This document shows, piece after piece, positions 31,661 to 41,134 of a stretch of 64,000 nucleotides of DNA. The DNA is from Candidatus Fervidifonticultor sextus. GTDB taxonomy: Bacteria > Sysuimicrobiota > Sysuimicrobiia > Sysuimicrobiales > Humicultoraceae. Numbering within the stretch: the first letter of the stretch is position 1; each line of letters begins with the position of its first letter. The stretch spans positions 12,530 to 76,529 of the forward strand of contig JAVKHQ010000007.1 in NCBI GenBank assembly GCA_031459875.1, read 5' to 3'. The position numbers and the translations under genes are program-made. The notes under the pieces are model-generated. The model made no database searches. It saw only the letters and a program-made list of their open reading frames with translations, and was not told the origin of the DNA.

Positions 31661-31920
31661 GGATTGCTTCCGTCGCCGAGGTCAAGGCCAAGTTGAGCGG
31701 CTACATCGAGGCGAGCAAGACGGGGCCCATCATCGTCACCAAGAACGGGAAACCCGTGGCCGTCCTGCTGTCGGTGCAAGACGAGGACGAGATAGAGCGA
31801 TTGCTATTGGCCTACTCCCCCAGGTTGCAGCGCGTCCTGGCGATGGCGGAACAACAGATTCGAGCCGGGAAGGGGATCAAGCACGACGCGTTCTGGCATG
31901 AGTTTCCCGCAGAGGCATGA
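31657..31920 (+). CDS. Phd/YefM-family antitoxin
   Basis: SVAEVKAKLSGYI...PIIVTKNGKPVAVL. Confidence 0.88.
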   Translation: MRIASVAEVKAKLSGYIEASKTGPIIVTKNGKPVAVLLSVQDEDEIERLLLAYSPRLQRVLAMAEQQIRAGKGIKHDAFWHEFPAEA

Positions 31921-31948
31921 GGACCTGCACGCACGCTATACTGACCGC

Positions 31949-33979
31949 ATGACCGATGCCACCGCGGCGCGTCCGGGTCGACCCTCCGCGGTCTCCCTCC
32001 ACCCCGGCCTCGCTCCGGTGCTGGCCGAGATCGGCGAGGTGCCGCCCGGTCCGTTCGTCCCGGCCTCGTTCCAGCGGGACGCGCTGGCGGCCCTCGTCAC
32101 CCACGACGTGCTGGTCATGGCGCCGACCGGCAGCGGGAAGACGTGGATCGCGCAGGAGGCGATCCGCGCCCGGGCCGCCGGGGCCGGCCAGACCTGGTAC
32201 ACGACACCGCTGAAGGCGCTGTCCAACCAGAAGTTCCGGCAGTTCCAGGGCCTGTTCGGCGAAGAGGCCGTCGGGCTGCTGACCGGCGAGCGCCGGATCA
32301 ACCCCCGTGCGCCGATCATCGTCGGCACGACCGAGATCCTGCGCAACGTCCTCTATGGCGGCGCTGACGGGATCGGGTTCATCGTGCTCGACGAGGCGCA
32401 CTACCTGGGGGATGTGGAGCGCGGCACCGCGTGGGAAGAAGTCCTGCTGCTGGCCTCACCCAGCACGCGGCTGCTGCTGCTCTCGGCCTCGCTGCCCAAC
32501 GCCGACGAACTGGCCGGCTGGCTGGAAGAGGTGCGCGGCCGGCGTCCCGTGGTCGTGCGCGAGGACCGGCGTCCCGTGCCGCTGCGCATCCTGCTGGCGG
32601 ACGCGGCGGGCCGCCTCCTGCCGCCGGCCATGGCCGGAAGGCTGCGGCGCGAAGAGCGGCGCCGGACCTGGCTCCCTGAACTGCTCCGCCAGCTCGAGGC
32701 GGGCCATCTGCTGCCGGCGATCCTTTTCTTCCCCTCCCGGCGCGAGTGCGACGTTGCCGTGCGCGAACTCGCGCCGCTGCGCCAGGGCGGCGCGGAGGAG
32801 CGCGCGCGGGCCCTGGGCCGGTGGGAAGCCGAGTACCCGACGCTATTGGGCCATCCCTTCCGGCACACGTTGATCCAGGCGGGGATCGCGCCGCACCACG
32901 CCGGCCACCTGATGGCGTGGCGCCTGGCGGTGGAGGATCTGCTGGCCCGCGGCCTGATCCGTGCCGTCGCGGCGACGACGACGCTGGCCAGCGGCCTGGA
33001 TGTGCCGGCGCGCACCGTGGTCCTGAGCACGCTGGTCAGGAACAGCCCCGAAGGGCCCGTGGCGCTGTCGGCCACTGAGTTCCAGCAGATGTCCGGCCGG
33101 GCCGGCCGCCGGGGACGCGACCGGGTCGGCGTGGTCGTCGTCCCCGCCTCCGAGCGCAGCGAGGCGCACCTGGGGTTGGGCCTGGCCGAGGCCGACCCCG
33201 AGCCGGTGACCTCGGCGTTTGCGCCGTCCTACACGCAGGTGCTCAACATGCTGGCGCGCCGCCGTCTCGAGGAGGCGGTCGCCGAACTCCATCGGTCCTT
33301 CGCCGCCTACCAGGGCCTGCTGGGCCGCCGGATGCGCCTGCCGCGCCACCTGCCCGAGGGCGCCGTCGCCGAGGCCGCCCACCGGGCCCGGGACGGCCTG
33401 ACGGCGGCGTTCCTGATGCGCGCCGCGGTCCTCCAGGTCCTCGGGTATCTGGACGCCAGCGCCCGCCCGACCGACGACGGCCGCTGGGCGATGCGCCTCC
33501 GCCATCCCCGGCTGCTGGTCCTGGCCGAACTGGTGCGCCGGCGGCAGGTGCCCGCGACCGTCCCCCGCCTGGCCGCAACGGCCGCGGCGCTCGGCACCGA
33601 GCGACCGCCCCGCGGAGGCGGGACGAAGGCGCGCCTGGCCGCGCTCTCGCACGTCGTAGAGGAGGTCGTGCGCCTGGAGCGGATGTTCGGGTTGGAACCC
33701 GACCCCGTCGCCGGGGAGTTCAAGGTCGAGTGGAACCGGCACCGCCACCGCGTGATGCCTTCTCCGGCCGAGCGCCGGGCCGAGGCGGTGGAGGCCTGGG
33801 CTCGGGGGGCGGAGTGGCTCCGCCTCGTCACCGCGGTCGAGTCGGAGGAAGGCGACCTGCAGCGGACGGTGCTTCAGGCGGCGGAGGTCCTCATGCAACT
33901 GGAGGGGTTGCCCTTCCCGTCGCTGCGGGCGCTGGCGCACGAGGCGCGGGAGGCGCTGCTGCGACCGCCGGTGGTGTAG
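31949..33979 (+). CDS. Ski2/HelY-like DEAD/DEAH-box helicase
   Basis: APTGSGKT, TPLKALSNQK, DEAH, LSASL, HHAG, QMSGRAGRRG; C-terminal EGDLQR (DSHCT-like); start after TATACT -10. Confidence 0.9.
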   Translation: MTDATAARPGRPSAVSLHPGLAPVLAEIGEVPPGPFVPASFQRDALAALVTHDVLVMAPTGSGKTWIAQEAIRARAAGAGQTWYTTPLKALSNQKFRQFQGLFGEEAVGLLTGERRINPRAPIIVGTTEILRNVLYGGADGIGFIVLDEAHYLGDVERGTAWEEVLLLASPSTRLLLLSASLPNADELAGWLEEVRGRRPVVVREDRRPVPLRILLADAAGRLLPPAMAGRLRREERRRTWLPELLRQLEAGHLLPAILFFPSRRECDVAVRELAPLRQGGAEERARALGRWEAEYPTLLGHPFRHTLIQAGIAPHHAGHLMAWRLAVEDLLARGLIRAVAATTTLASGLDVPARTVVLSTLVRNSPEGPVALSATEFQQMSGRAGRRGRDRVGVVVVPASERSEAHLGLGLAEADPEPVTSAFAPSYTQVLNMLARRRLEEAVAELHRSFAAYQGLLGRRMRLPRHLPEGAVAEAAHRARDGLTAAFLMRAAVLQVLGYLDASARPTDDGRWAMRLRHPRLLVLAELVRRRQVPATVPRLAATAAALGTERPPRGGGTKARLAALSHVVEEVVRLERMFGLEPDPVAGEFKVEWNRHRHRVMPSPAERRAEAVEAWARGAEWLRLVTAVESEEGDLQRTVLQAAEVLMQLEGLPFPSLRALAHEAREALLRPPVV

Positions 33980-33993
33980 GCGGGCCTCTGGAC

Positions 33994-34208
33994 CTACGGT
34001 CTTCGGATGGATTCGAGGCCGACCCGGCGCGCTACGGACTCAAGCCGTGAGTCCCAACAAGCGAACAGCACCGGGGCGGACAGGCGTTCCCTGTGAGAGT
34101 GAGCGCCGAGGCCAGATGGAGGGCATCGTATGCCCGGAGATGGTACTTCTCCGCAGCGTCCCCCGCAGTCATGATCAGCGAGTCTGTCACGCGAACGTGA
34201 ACGAGCGC
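33994..34208 (-). pseudogene. VapC (PIN) toxin C-terminal remnant, frameshifted
   Basis: ALVHVRVTDSLIMTAGDAAEKYHLRAYDALHLASAL, then after a frameshift near 34085-34095 RERLSAPVLFACWDSRLESVARRVGL; N-terminal half missing. Confidence 0.8.
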
Positions 34209-34438
34209 CCTCTGATCTTGACCGGTCTTCGCGCTCCCCTGGGTTTCCCGCCATTCCAGTGCGCGGTTCCATCCTGCAGCATCGCCTCGAACCGCTCGTC
34301 GATCTCGCCTTCCGGAGCCGGCACCATGACCGCGATGGGCTCCCCGTGGGTGGTGACCACGATGCGCTCGCCCTCTTTGATGCGCCGCAGATAGTGGCTC
34401 AGACGTGCCTTGAGCTCCCTCACGCCGACAGTCGCCAT
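34187..34438 (-). CDS. Phd/VapB-type antitoxin, 3' end probably fused to vapC sequence by a deletion
   Basis: VGVRELKARLSHYLRRIKEGERIVVTTHGEPIA; RBS GAGGAG. Confidence 0.8.
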   Translation of the reverse strand: MATVGVRELKARLSHYLRRIKEGERIVVTTHGEPIAVMVPAPEGEIDERFEAMLQDGTAHWNGGKPRGARRPVKIRGRSFTFA

Positions 34439-34508
34439 GAAACGGCTCCTCATCCTTTGTGACTAGATTTTATTGAATTATGGACACATCCACATCAGCC
34501 GACCCCCA

Positions 34509-35432
34509 TCATCTCTGTTGCCGCACACCATCGGCCAACACCGCGTCCAGTCCGCGCCGCAGATCGCCCAGTTCACTCTCTGCCACCGGCCGCAGCGGCG
34601 CCCGCACGTGGGGCCCGATCACCCCGCGCAGCGCCAGCGCCGCCTTGATGTGGGGGACCGAGGCGCCGTTGTGCAGCATGCGGCACACCGCCGCGACCTG
34701 CCGGTACGCTTCCTTCACGTCAGGCCAGGCCCCGCGCGCCGCCGCCCGCCACAGCGCCACATACGGCTCCGGCACCGCGGCCGCCGGCCCGGAGACCGTG
34801 CCCGCCCACCCCATGGCGACCATGGCAGGGATGAGCAGGTCGGCGCCGACCAGGATGCGGAAGCCCGGACCTGCCGCCTCCGAGATCAGCACCACACCGT
34901 AGGGGTCCCCGGTGCTGTCCTTCATGCCGACCAAGTTCGGCCGCCCGAGCAGCGCGCGGACCACCGACGGGGTCAGGGGATTGCCCGTGGTCTGCGGGAT
35001 GTTGTAGAGCAGCACCGGGTGATCGGGGACTGCGTCGGCCACCGCCTCGAAGTGGGCGATGAGCGCCTCCTCGGCGTGCCGGAAGTAGAACGGCGCCATG
35101 ACCGCCAGCGCATCCACGCCCGCTCCGACGGCGGTTCGAGCCGCCGCGATCGTCCCCGCCGTCGTCATCCCGCCCACCTGCGCGATGACCGGGACCCGGC
35201 CGGCTGAGGCGGTCACCGCCGCGCGCAGCACGGTGACCCGCTCCTCCAGGTCCAGCAGTGGCCCCTCCCCTGTTGTCCCGCACGCGAAGATCCCGTCCAC
35301 GCCCCGGTCCACCAGCCACCCGACCAGATCGCCCACGCCGCGCGCATCCACCTGGCCGTCTGCGTGCATCGGGGTCGGGAGGGCGATGATCACCCCCCGC
35401 AGACGCTCGACAACCTCACGCCGGATGCCCAT
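34509..35432 (-). CDS. DapA/NanA-family (DHDPS-like) aldolase
   Basis: GTTGEG, LYNIPQTTG, Schiff-base lysine in GMKDS. Confidence 0.9.
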   Translation of the reverse strand: MGIRREVVERLRGVIIALPTPMHADGQVDARGVGDLVGWLVDRGVDGIFACGTTGEGPLLDLEERVTVLRAAVTASAGRVPVIAQVGGMTTAGTIAAARTAVGAGVDALAVMAPFYFRHAEEALIAHFEAVADAVPDHPVLLYNIPQTTGNPLTPSVVRALLGRPNLVGMKDSTGDPYGVVLISEAAGPGFRILVGADLLIPAMVAMGWAGTVSGPAAAVPEPYVALWRAAARGAWPDVKEAYRQVAAVCRMLHNGASVPHIKAALALRGVIGPHVRAPLRPVAESELGDLRRGLDAVLADGVRQQR

Positions 35433-35615
35433 GGAGATTCAGCACCCTCCCGGCCGCCTGCGCGGCCCCGCTCACGCTCTCGCCGTACCCGCGGGTCCCG
35501 TGCCCTGGACGCTTCGACGCCTGCACCGCCTCCTCTTGCTCTGCGGGGTGGAGCCGGTCCTGCCCGGTATCCATCGCCGCCCTCCTGACGCTACAGTAGT
35601 TGTGGAGGCGCCTCC

Positions 35616-36590
35616 GTGAGCCTGCACGAACACCCGGACGCGCACCGCTCATGCGACGTGACCGCCGGCACCCTGCCCAAAGGAATCGTCCCCGTCCTGC
35701 AGACGCCCTTCGCGCAGGACGGGAGCATCGACCTCGAGGGCCTGGAGCGGCTCACTGAGGACGCCGTCCGCGCCGGGGCGCGCGGCGTCCTGGCCCCGGC
35801 CGTGGCCAGCGAGGTGGACTACCTCGCGCGCGCGGAGCGGCGCAGGCTCGTCTCCATCATCGCCCGATCGCTGGCGGGGCGCCTGCCGTTCATCGTCGGC
35901 GCGTCGTCGAACCACGTCGAGGAGTGCGTGGAGGTCGCGCGGCTCGCCGAGCAGGTCGGCGCCGCAGCGTACCTGGTTGCCGTGCCGGACGCGCTCTACC
36001 GCAGCCCTGAGGACATCCCGGGCTTCTTCCAGGCCATCGCATCGAAGGCCGGGCTCCCGCTGATCATCCAGGACCTGGAGTGGAGCGGCCCCGGCCTGCC
36101 CCTCGAGGTACTCCGCACCCTCAAGGCGGCGATTCCCACCCTGGCGGGGATCAAGATCGAGACGGTCCCGGCCGGGCCGAAGTACACCGCCGTGCGGGAG
36201 GCCTTTGGGGAGGCCTTCTACATTTGCGGCGGCTGGGCGGTCCCCCAGATGATCGAGGCGCTGGACCGCGGCGTGGACGCCATGATCCCCGAGGCGTCCA
36301 TGGTGAGGGTCTATGCGGCGATCTACCGCCTCTACCATGCCGGAAATCGCGGGAAGGCGCAGGAGGTCTTCCGGGAACTGCTGCCGGTCCTGGCATTTGC
36401 CAACCAGGAGATCCGCCTCTCCATCGCCTTCTTCAAGGCGCTGCTCGTCCGGAAAGGGATCTTCCGGTACGAGACGATGCGCTGGCCGGGCTTCCGCTGG
36501 GATGCCTACCACCGTCGAATCGCCGACGAATTGATCGAGCACTACCTGGCGCTGGAGGAGCGCGTAGGCCGGCTCTCCCTACCGACCTAG
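35616..36590 (+). CDS. DapA-like family protein (divergent subfamily)
   Basis: VLQTPF, AVASE, IIQD, GIKIE, GGW; RBS GGAGG. Confidence 0.85.
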   Translation: MSLHEHPDAHRSCDVTAGTLPKGIVPVLQTPFAQDGSIDLEGLERLTEDAVRAGARGVLAPAVASEVDYLARAERRRLVSIIARSLAGRLPFIVGASSNHVEECVEVARLAEQVGAAAYLVAVPDALYRSPEDIPGFFQAIASKAGLPLIIQDLEWSGPGLPLEVLRTLKAAIPTLAGIKIETVPAGPKYTAVREAFGEAFYICGGWAVPQMIEALDRGVDAMIPEASMVRVYAAIYRLYHAGNRGKAQEVFRELLPVLAFANQEIRLSIAFFKALLVRKGIFRYETMRWPGFRWDAYHRRIADELIEHYLALEERVGRLSLPT

Positions 36591-37856
36591 GCCGGGCAGG
36601 AACATCACCAGCTGGGGCACCAGCGTAATGAGGAAGAGACACCCGACCAGGACGACGATGTAGGGGACGAGTTCCTTCAGGATCACTGCCATCGGCAACT
36701 TCGTCAGCCCGCTCAGCAGGAACAGCAGCATCCCGAAGGGCGGGGTGAGCAGCCCGATCATCACGTTGAGCACAAAGACCACCCCGAAGTGGACCAGGTC
36801 GATGCCCAGCGCCTGAACGATGGGGATCACGATGGGCAGGAAGATGAGCATGATGGCCAGCGTCTCCATGAACATGCCCAGGATCAGGAAAAGCACGTTC
36901 AGGATCAGCAGCATCACCACCGGATTCCGGGTGATCTCCAGGAAGAACGCCGCGATGGCCTGGGGGATCTGCTCGCGGGCCAAAATCCATCCGAACACCG
37001 AGGCCGTGGTCACGATGAACATGATCATGGCCGTGTTCTCGACCACGCGCAGGGCCAGGCGGGGGATCTCGCGGGGCGGGATCTCGCGGTAGGCGACCGT
37101 TCCCAGGGCCAGGGCGTACAGCACCGCGACGGCCGCCGCCTCGGTCGGCGTGAAGAACCCGCTGTAGATGCCCCCCAGGAGGATGACCGGGGCAAGCAGC
37201 GGCGGGACGGCCTTCCAGAACGCTGCCACGAACTCCCGGAACGTGACCCGCGCCTCGCGGGGGAAGCCCCGCCGGACGGCCTGGACGTAGACCAGGCCCA
37301 TCATCGCCAGCCCCATGAGGACCCCCGGGATCACGCCGCCCAGGAAGAGAGCCCCCACCGAGACCTGGGCCATGGACCCGTAGATGACCATGGGGATGGA
37401 CGGCGGGATGATCGGCCCGATGGTGGAGGTCGCGGCCGACAGCGCCGCGGCGAACGGGCGGGGGTAGCCGGCGCCTTCCATCGCCTCGACCTCCATCATG
37501 CCCACGCCTGCGGCGTCGGCGATGGCCGAACCCGACATGCCGGCGAAGATCATGCTGTTCACGACGTTCACGTGCGCCAGGCCGCCCGGCACGTGGCCGA
37601 CCACGGCATGGGCGAACTGGAAGATGCGCCGTGTCGTGCCGGTGGTGTTCATCACCTCGGCAGCCAGGATGAAGAACGGCACCGCCAGCAGCAGGAAGGA
37701 GTCGATCCCGAAGATCATCCGCTGGGCAACGATGGTGATGTCGATGGTCCCCACCAGCACCATGTAGATCGCGCACCCCAGGCCCAACGCGAAGGCCACC
37801 GGGAGTCCCGTCGCGAACCCGACCGCGACGACGCCCAGCAGGATCCACTTCTCCAC
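36579..37856 (-). CDS. dctM: TRAP transporter large permease
   Basis: LLAVPFFILA, GSAIADAA, IIPPSIPMVIY, PTEAA, GLLTPPFG. Confidence 0.93.
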   Translation of the reverse strand: MEKWILLGVVAVGFATGLPVAFALGLGCAIYMVLVGTIDITIVAQRMIFGIDSFLLLAVPFFILAAEVMNTTGTTRRIFQFAHAVVGHVPGGLAHVNVVNSMIFAGMSGSAIADAAGVGMMEVEAMEGAGYPRPFAAALSAATSTIGPIIPPSIPMVIYGSMAQVSVGALFLGGVIPGVLMGLAMMGLVYVQAVRRGFPREARVTFREFVAAFWKAVPPLLAPVILLGGIYSGFFTPTEAAAVAVLYALALGTVAYREIPPREIPRLALRVVENTAMIMFIVTTASVFGWILAREQIPQAIAAFFLEITRNPVVMLLILNVLFLILGMFMETLAIMLIFLPIVIPIVQALGIDLVHFGVVFVLNVMIGLLTPPFGMLLFLLSGLTKLPMAVILKELVPYIVVLVGCLFLITLVPQLVMFLPGLGR

Positions 37857-38359
37857 TAGCGAGCCCTCAGCGAGCGGATCAGATCTGCGGCCTGCTGGAG
37901 GTGGTGGATCAGGAGGAGCACGCAGGCGACCGGGACGGCGACGACCAGGTACCCCGAGGGCACCTCCATGGCGGGTGAGGGAATCTTCCGATAGAACGCG
38001 AAGAACGCCAGGCCGCTTTGGAGCCCGTACAGCAGGAAGAAGAGGATGGCCACCTCGTGGACCAGCAGCAGGACCGTCCTGGCCCGCCCGGGCAGCCTGT
38101 TGGGGACGAAATCCATGCGGATCTGCGCGCGCCGCCGGCTCACCAGCGCCGCCCCCAGGAAGACCATCCAGATGTACAGGTACCGGGCCAGTTCATCCGC
38201 CCAGGTGGGCGGCCGCGTCAGGACGTCGCGCATGAAGATCTGGTAGATGACGACGACGAACATGAGCAGGAGGAGCAGGGAGGGCACCGTCTCCTCCACG
38301 AGGTGGACGATGCCCTCCCACAGCCGGACCCGGGTGGACCGTGCGGCCTGCGGCGTCAC
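37856..38359 (-). CDS. dctQ: TRAP transporter small permease
   Basis: WADELARYLYIWMVFLGA; four TM segments. Confidence 0.9.
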   Translation of the reverse strand: MTPQAARSTRVRLWEGIVHLVEETVPSLLLLLMFVVVIYQIFMRDVLTRPPTWADELARYLYIWMVFLGAALVSRRRAQIRMDFVPNRLPGRARTVLLLVHEVAILFFLLYGLQSGLAFFAFYRKIPSPAMEVPSGYLVVAVPVACVLLLIHHLQQAADLIRSLRAR

Positions 38360-38365
38360 CGACGT

Positions 38366-39361
38366 CTAGCGCGCCGACGCGATGGCCTCATACACGCCCT
38401 GACCCCAGACCTTCCCGAACTTGTCCGGCAGGCAGCGCCGGGCCTGGGCGCGGAAGGCGTCCATGTCGGGGGTGATCACCTCCATGCCCGCGGCCCTGAA
38501 CTTGCCCAGCAGTTCGGCCTCATCCTTCAGCACCAGCGCATTGGAGACCTTACCCCCCTCCTCGAAGGCCTGCACCACGATGCGCTGGCCCTCGGCCCCC
38601 AGCGCCTCCCACGTCTTCTCGTGGATGATGGGGATGATCGGCCCGACCTGGTGGCCGGTCAGCACCAGGTACTTGGCGACCTCGTAGAATTTGAAAGCGT
38701 TGATGTTGGTGAACGGGTTCTCCTGGCCGTCCACCACGCCGGTCTTCAGAGCCAGGTAGACCTCACCGATGCCCATCGGGACCGGGTTGCCGCCCATGCA
38801 CCGGAGGTTCTCGATGTAGATCGGGTTGTTGGGCACCCGGATCTTCAACCGGGCCAGCTCCGCCGGCGTCCTGAAGGGCTTGTTGGTGGTGAAGTGCCGG
38901 GTCCCCAGGTACCAGACGTCCACCACCCGGATGGTGATGGCGCTGGGCAACTGCTTGAACAGTTCTTGCCCGATGCGCCCCTTCATGACCCTGAACATGT
39001 GGTCGACATCGACGAACAGGTAGGCGGCCTCCAGCACGCCGACCGTGGCCAGATATGGCGCCATCCAGGACGGGTTGGAGAACCACATGTCCTGGGTGCC
39101 GCGCATGGTGTTGATCATCTGCTCGGCCTGGCTGCCGAGCTGATCGCCGGGAAACACCTGCAGCTGGATGCGGCCCCCGGACCGCTGGGCGATGATGTCT
39201 GCGGCCTTCCTGGCGCCCACATCCACCGGATGGCCCACCGGGTTGTTGGTGCCGAAACGGATCACGATGCGTTGCTGGGCGGCCAGCGGCTGGATCCCGA
39301 CCAGCAGCGCCAGCACGGCCACGACCGTCACCGTCAGCCCACGTCGTATTACCTGCTCCAT
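38366..39361 (-). CDS. dctP: TRAP substrate-binding protein
   Basis: Signal peptide, LKIRVP, GVVDGQENP, LTGH. Confidence 0.92.
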   Translation of the reverse strand: MEQVIRRGLTVTVVAVLALLVGIQPLAAQQRIVIRFGTNNPVGHPVDVGARKAADIIAQRSGGRIQLQVFPGDQLGSQAEQMINTMRGTQDMWFSNPSWMAPYLATVGVLEAAYLFVDVDHMFRVMKGRIGQELFKQLPSAITIRVVDVWYLGTRHFTTNKPFRTPAELARLKIRVPNNPIYIENLRCMGGNPVPMGIGEVYLALKTGVVDGQENPFTNINAFKFYEVAKYLVLTGHQVGPIIPIIHEKTWEALGAEGQRIVVQAFEEGGKVSNALVLKDEAELLGKFRAAGMEVITPDMDAFRAQARRCLPDKFGKVWGQGVYEAIASAR

Positions 39362-39375
39362 GCTCCTCTCCTCCT

Positions 39376-41127
39376 TTACTCGGGTGCGCCAGCTCCCGTC
39401 GTCTGTGTCCCCCTGAGGCCTGCCATAAGCTCGTGACGGCTTCCACCCCCCTGTCCGGTTGGGGATCCTTGCCGCGCTCCCACCCGCAGGCGGCGCAGGC
39501 GCCTCATCACTTCACTGTGGCCCTCGCCGAAGTATTGCGCCAGCGCCAGGTAGTCGCGGTAGAGGGTCTCGTAGATCTGCTGCGCATCCGGTCGCGGGCG
39601 GTAGCGGATGCGGTCGGCGCTGCCCATGCGCCGGATGGCCTCGACCATGGTGTCGTAGCCTCCTGCACGCTCGCCCGCAGCCGCGGCCGCATAGATCGCC
39701 GCTCCCACCGCCGAGGCATGCTGGACTCGCGCTACCAGCACCTCGCGGCCGATGATGTCGGCGGTCAACTGCAACAGCAGCGGGTTGCGCTCGGCCAGCC
39801 CGCCGCAGGCGTGGACCTCGTGCACCGGGACGCCGCCGGCCTCGAACGTCTCGATGACCCGACGCGTGCCGAACGCGGTGGACTCCAGCAGCGCGCGGTA
39901 GATCTCGTGGGGTTCAGTGGTGACCGTCAGCCCCACCAGGAGGCCCGTCAGGTCGGCGTCCACCAGCGGCGTGCGGCAGCCGTTCCACCAGTCCAGCGCC
40001 AGTACTCCCGCCTCGCCGGGGGCCAGTCGGGCGGCGTCGGCTTCGAGGCGGTCGTAGACCGCAGCCTCGCCCCCATCCCCCCCTGCGTAGCGCGCGGGCA
40101 CTGCGGTTCGCACGAACCACTGGAAGATGTCGCCGACCGAGGCCTGGCCGGCCTCGTACCCGAACAGCCCCGGCAGGATGCCGTCTTCGACCACGCCCGA
40201 GATGCCGCGCACGATCCGGCGCGCGGGGTCAACGAGGAGGTGGCAGGTCGAGGTCCCCATGATCGCCACGAGCCGGCCTGGCTCGCAGACGCCCACGGCG
40301 GGCACGGCGGCGTGCGCGTCGATGACCGCCACGGCGACCGGCGTGCCCTCGCGCAGGCCGGTCCGCTGCGCCCATGTGGCCGACAGGCCGCCGGCGCACG
40401 CCGCCACCGGGTGCGGGGGCGGGCCGAGTTTTTCCAGGAACGACGGCAGGTCGGGATCCAGCGACGCCCAGAACGCCGCCGGCGGATAGCCGGCGTCCTT
40501 CTGCCAGTGCGCCTTGTACCCCGCCTGACAGGCGCTGCGCACCTCCTCGCCGACCAGTTGCCAGACGATCCAGTCGCCGCCCTCGATCCAGCGGGCGGCG
40601 GCAGCGGCCACCTGCGGCGCCTCGGCCAGTACCTGCCAGGCCTTGGCCCAGGACCACTCCGACGAGGTGCGCCCTCCGTACCACTGGAGGAACCCCGCAT
40701 CCGGCCGGCCTGCGGTGGCGTTGATCCGATCCGCGTACGGCTGCGCGGCGTGGTGCTTCCACAACTTGGGCCAGGCGTTGGGGTCCGTGGCGAACTCGGG
40801 CAACAGGCACAGCGGCGCGCCCTGGGCCGTGGCGGGCATCACGGTGCACGACGTAAAGTCCACGCCGATCCCGATAATGGCCCGCTGCGGCGCCCCCGCG
40901 GTCAGGGTGCGCAGCAGGGTCTCCAGCGCCTCGATCCAGTCGCCGGGGTGCTGCAGCGCCCAGTCTGGCGGCAGACGCTCCTCGGTGTCGGGCAGCGCCC
41001 GATCGATGACACCGTGGGGATACGAGTAGGTCGCCGTGCCGGCGATGCGTCCATCGGCGGTGTCCACCAGCACCGCGCGCGCCGACTCGGTGCCGAAGTC
41101 TACCCCGATCGTGTAGCGCGTCGCCAC
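39376..41127 (-). CDS. araB: Ribulokinase (FGGY family)
   Basis: IGVDFGTESARA, ALQHP, DFTSCT, LWKHHAAQ, DAHA, MGTSTC, LDWWNGCR. Confidence 0.88.
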   Translation of the reverse strand: MATRYTIGVDFGTESARAVLVDTADGRIAGTATYSYPHGVIDRALPDTEERLPPDWALQHPGDWIEALETLLRTLTAGAPQRAIIGIGVDFTSCTVMPATAQGAPLCLLPEFATDPNAWPKLWKHHAAQPYADRINATAGRPDAGFLQWYGGRTSSEWSWAKAWQVLAEAPQVAAAAARWIEGGDWIVWQLVGEEVRSACQAGYKAHWQKDAGYPPAAFWASLDPDLPSFLEKLGPPPHPVAACAGGLSATWAQRTGLREGTPVAVAVIDAHAAVPAVGVCEPGRLVAIMGTSTCHLLVDPARRIVRGISGVVEDGILPGLFGYEAGQASVGDIFQWFVRTAVPARYAGGDGGEAAVYDRLEADAARLAPGEAGVLALDWWNGCRTPLVDADLTGLLVGLTVTTEPHEIYRALLESTAFGTRRVIETFEAGGVPVHEVHACGGLAERNPLLLQLTADIIGREVLVARVQHASAVGAAIYAAAAAGERAGGYDTMVEAIRRMGSADRIRYRPRPDAQQIYETLYRDYLALAQYFGEGHSEVMRRLRRLRVGARQGSPTGQGGGSRHELMAGLRGTQTTGAGAPE

Positions 41128-41134
41128 GAGGCCC

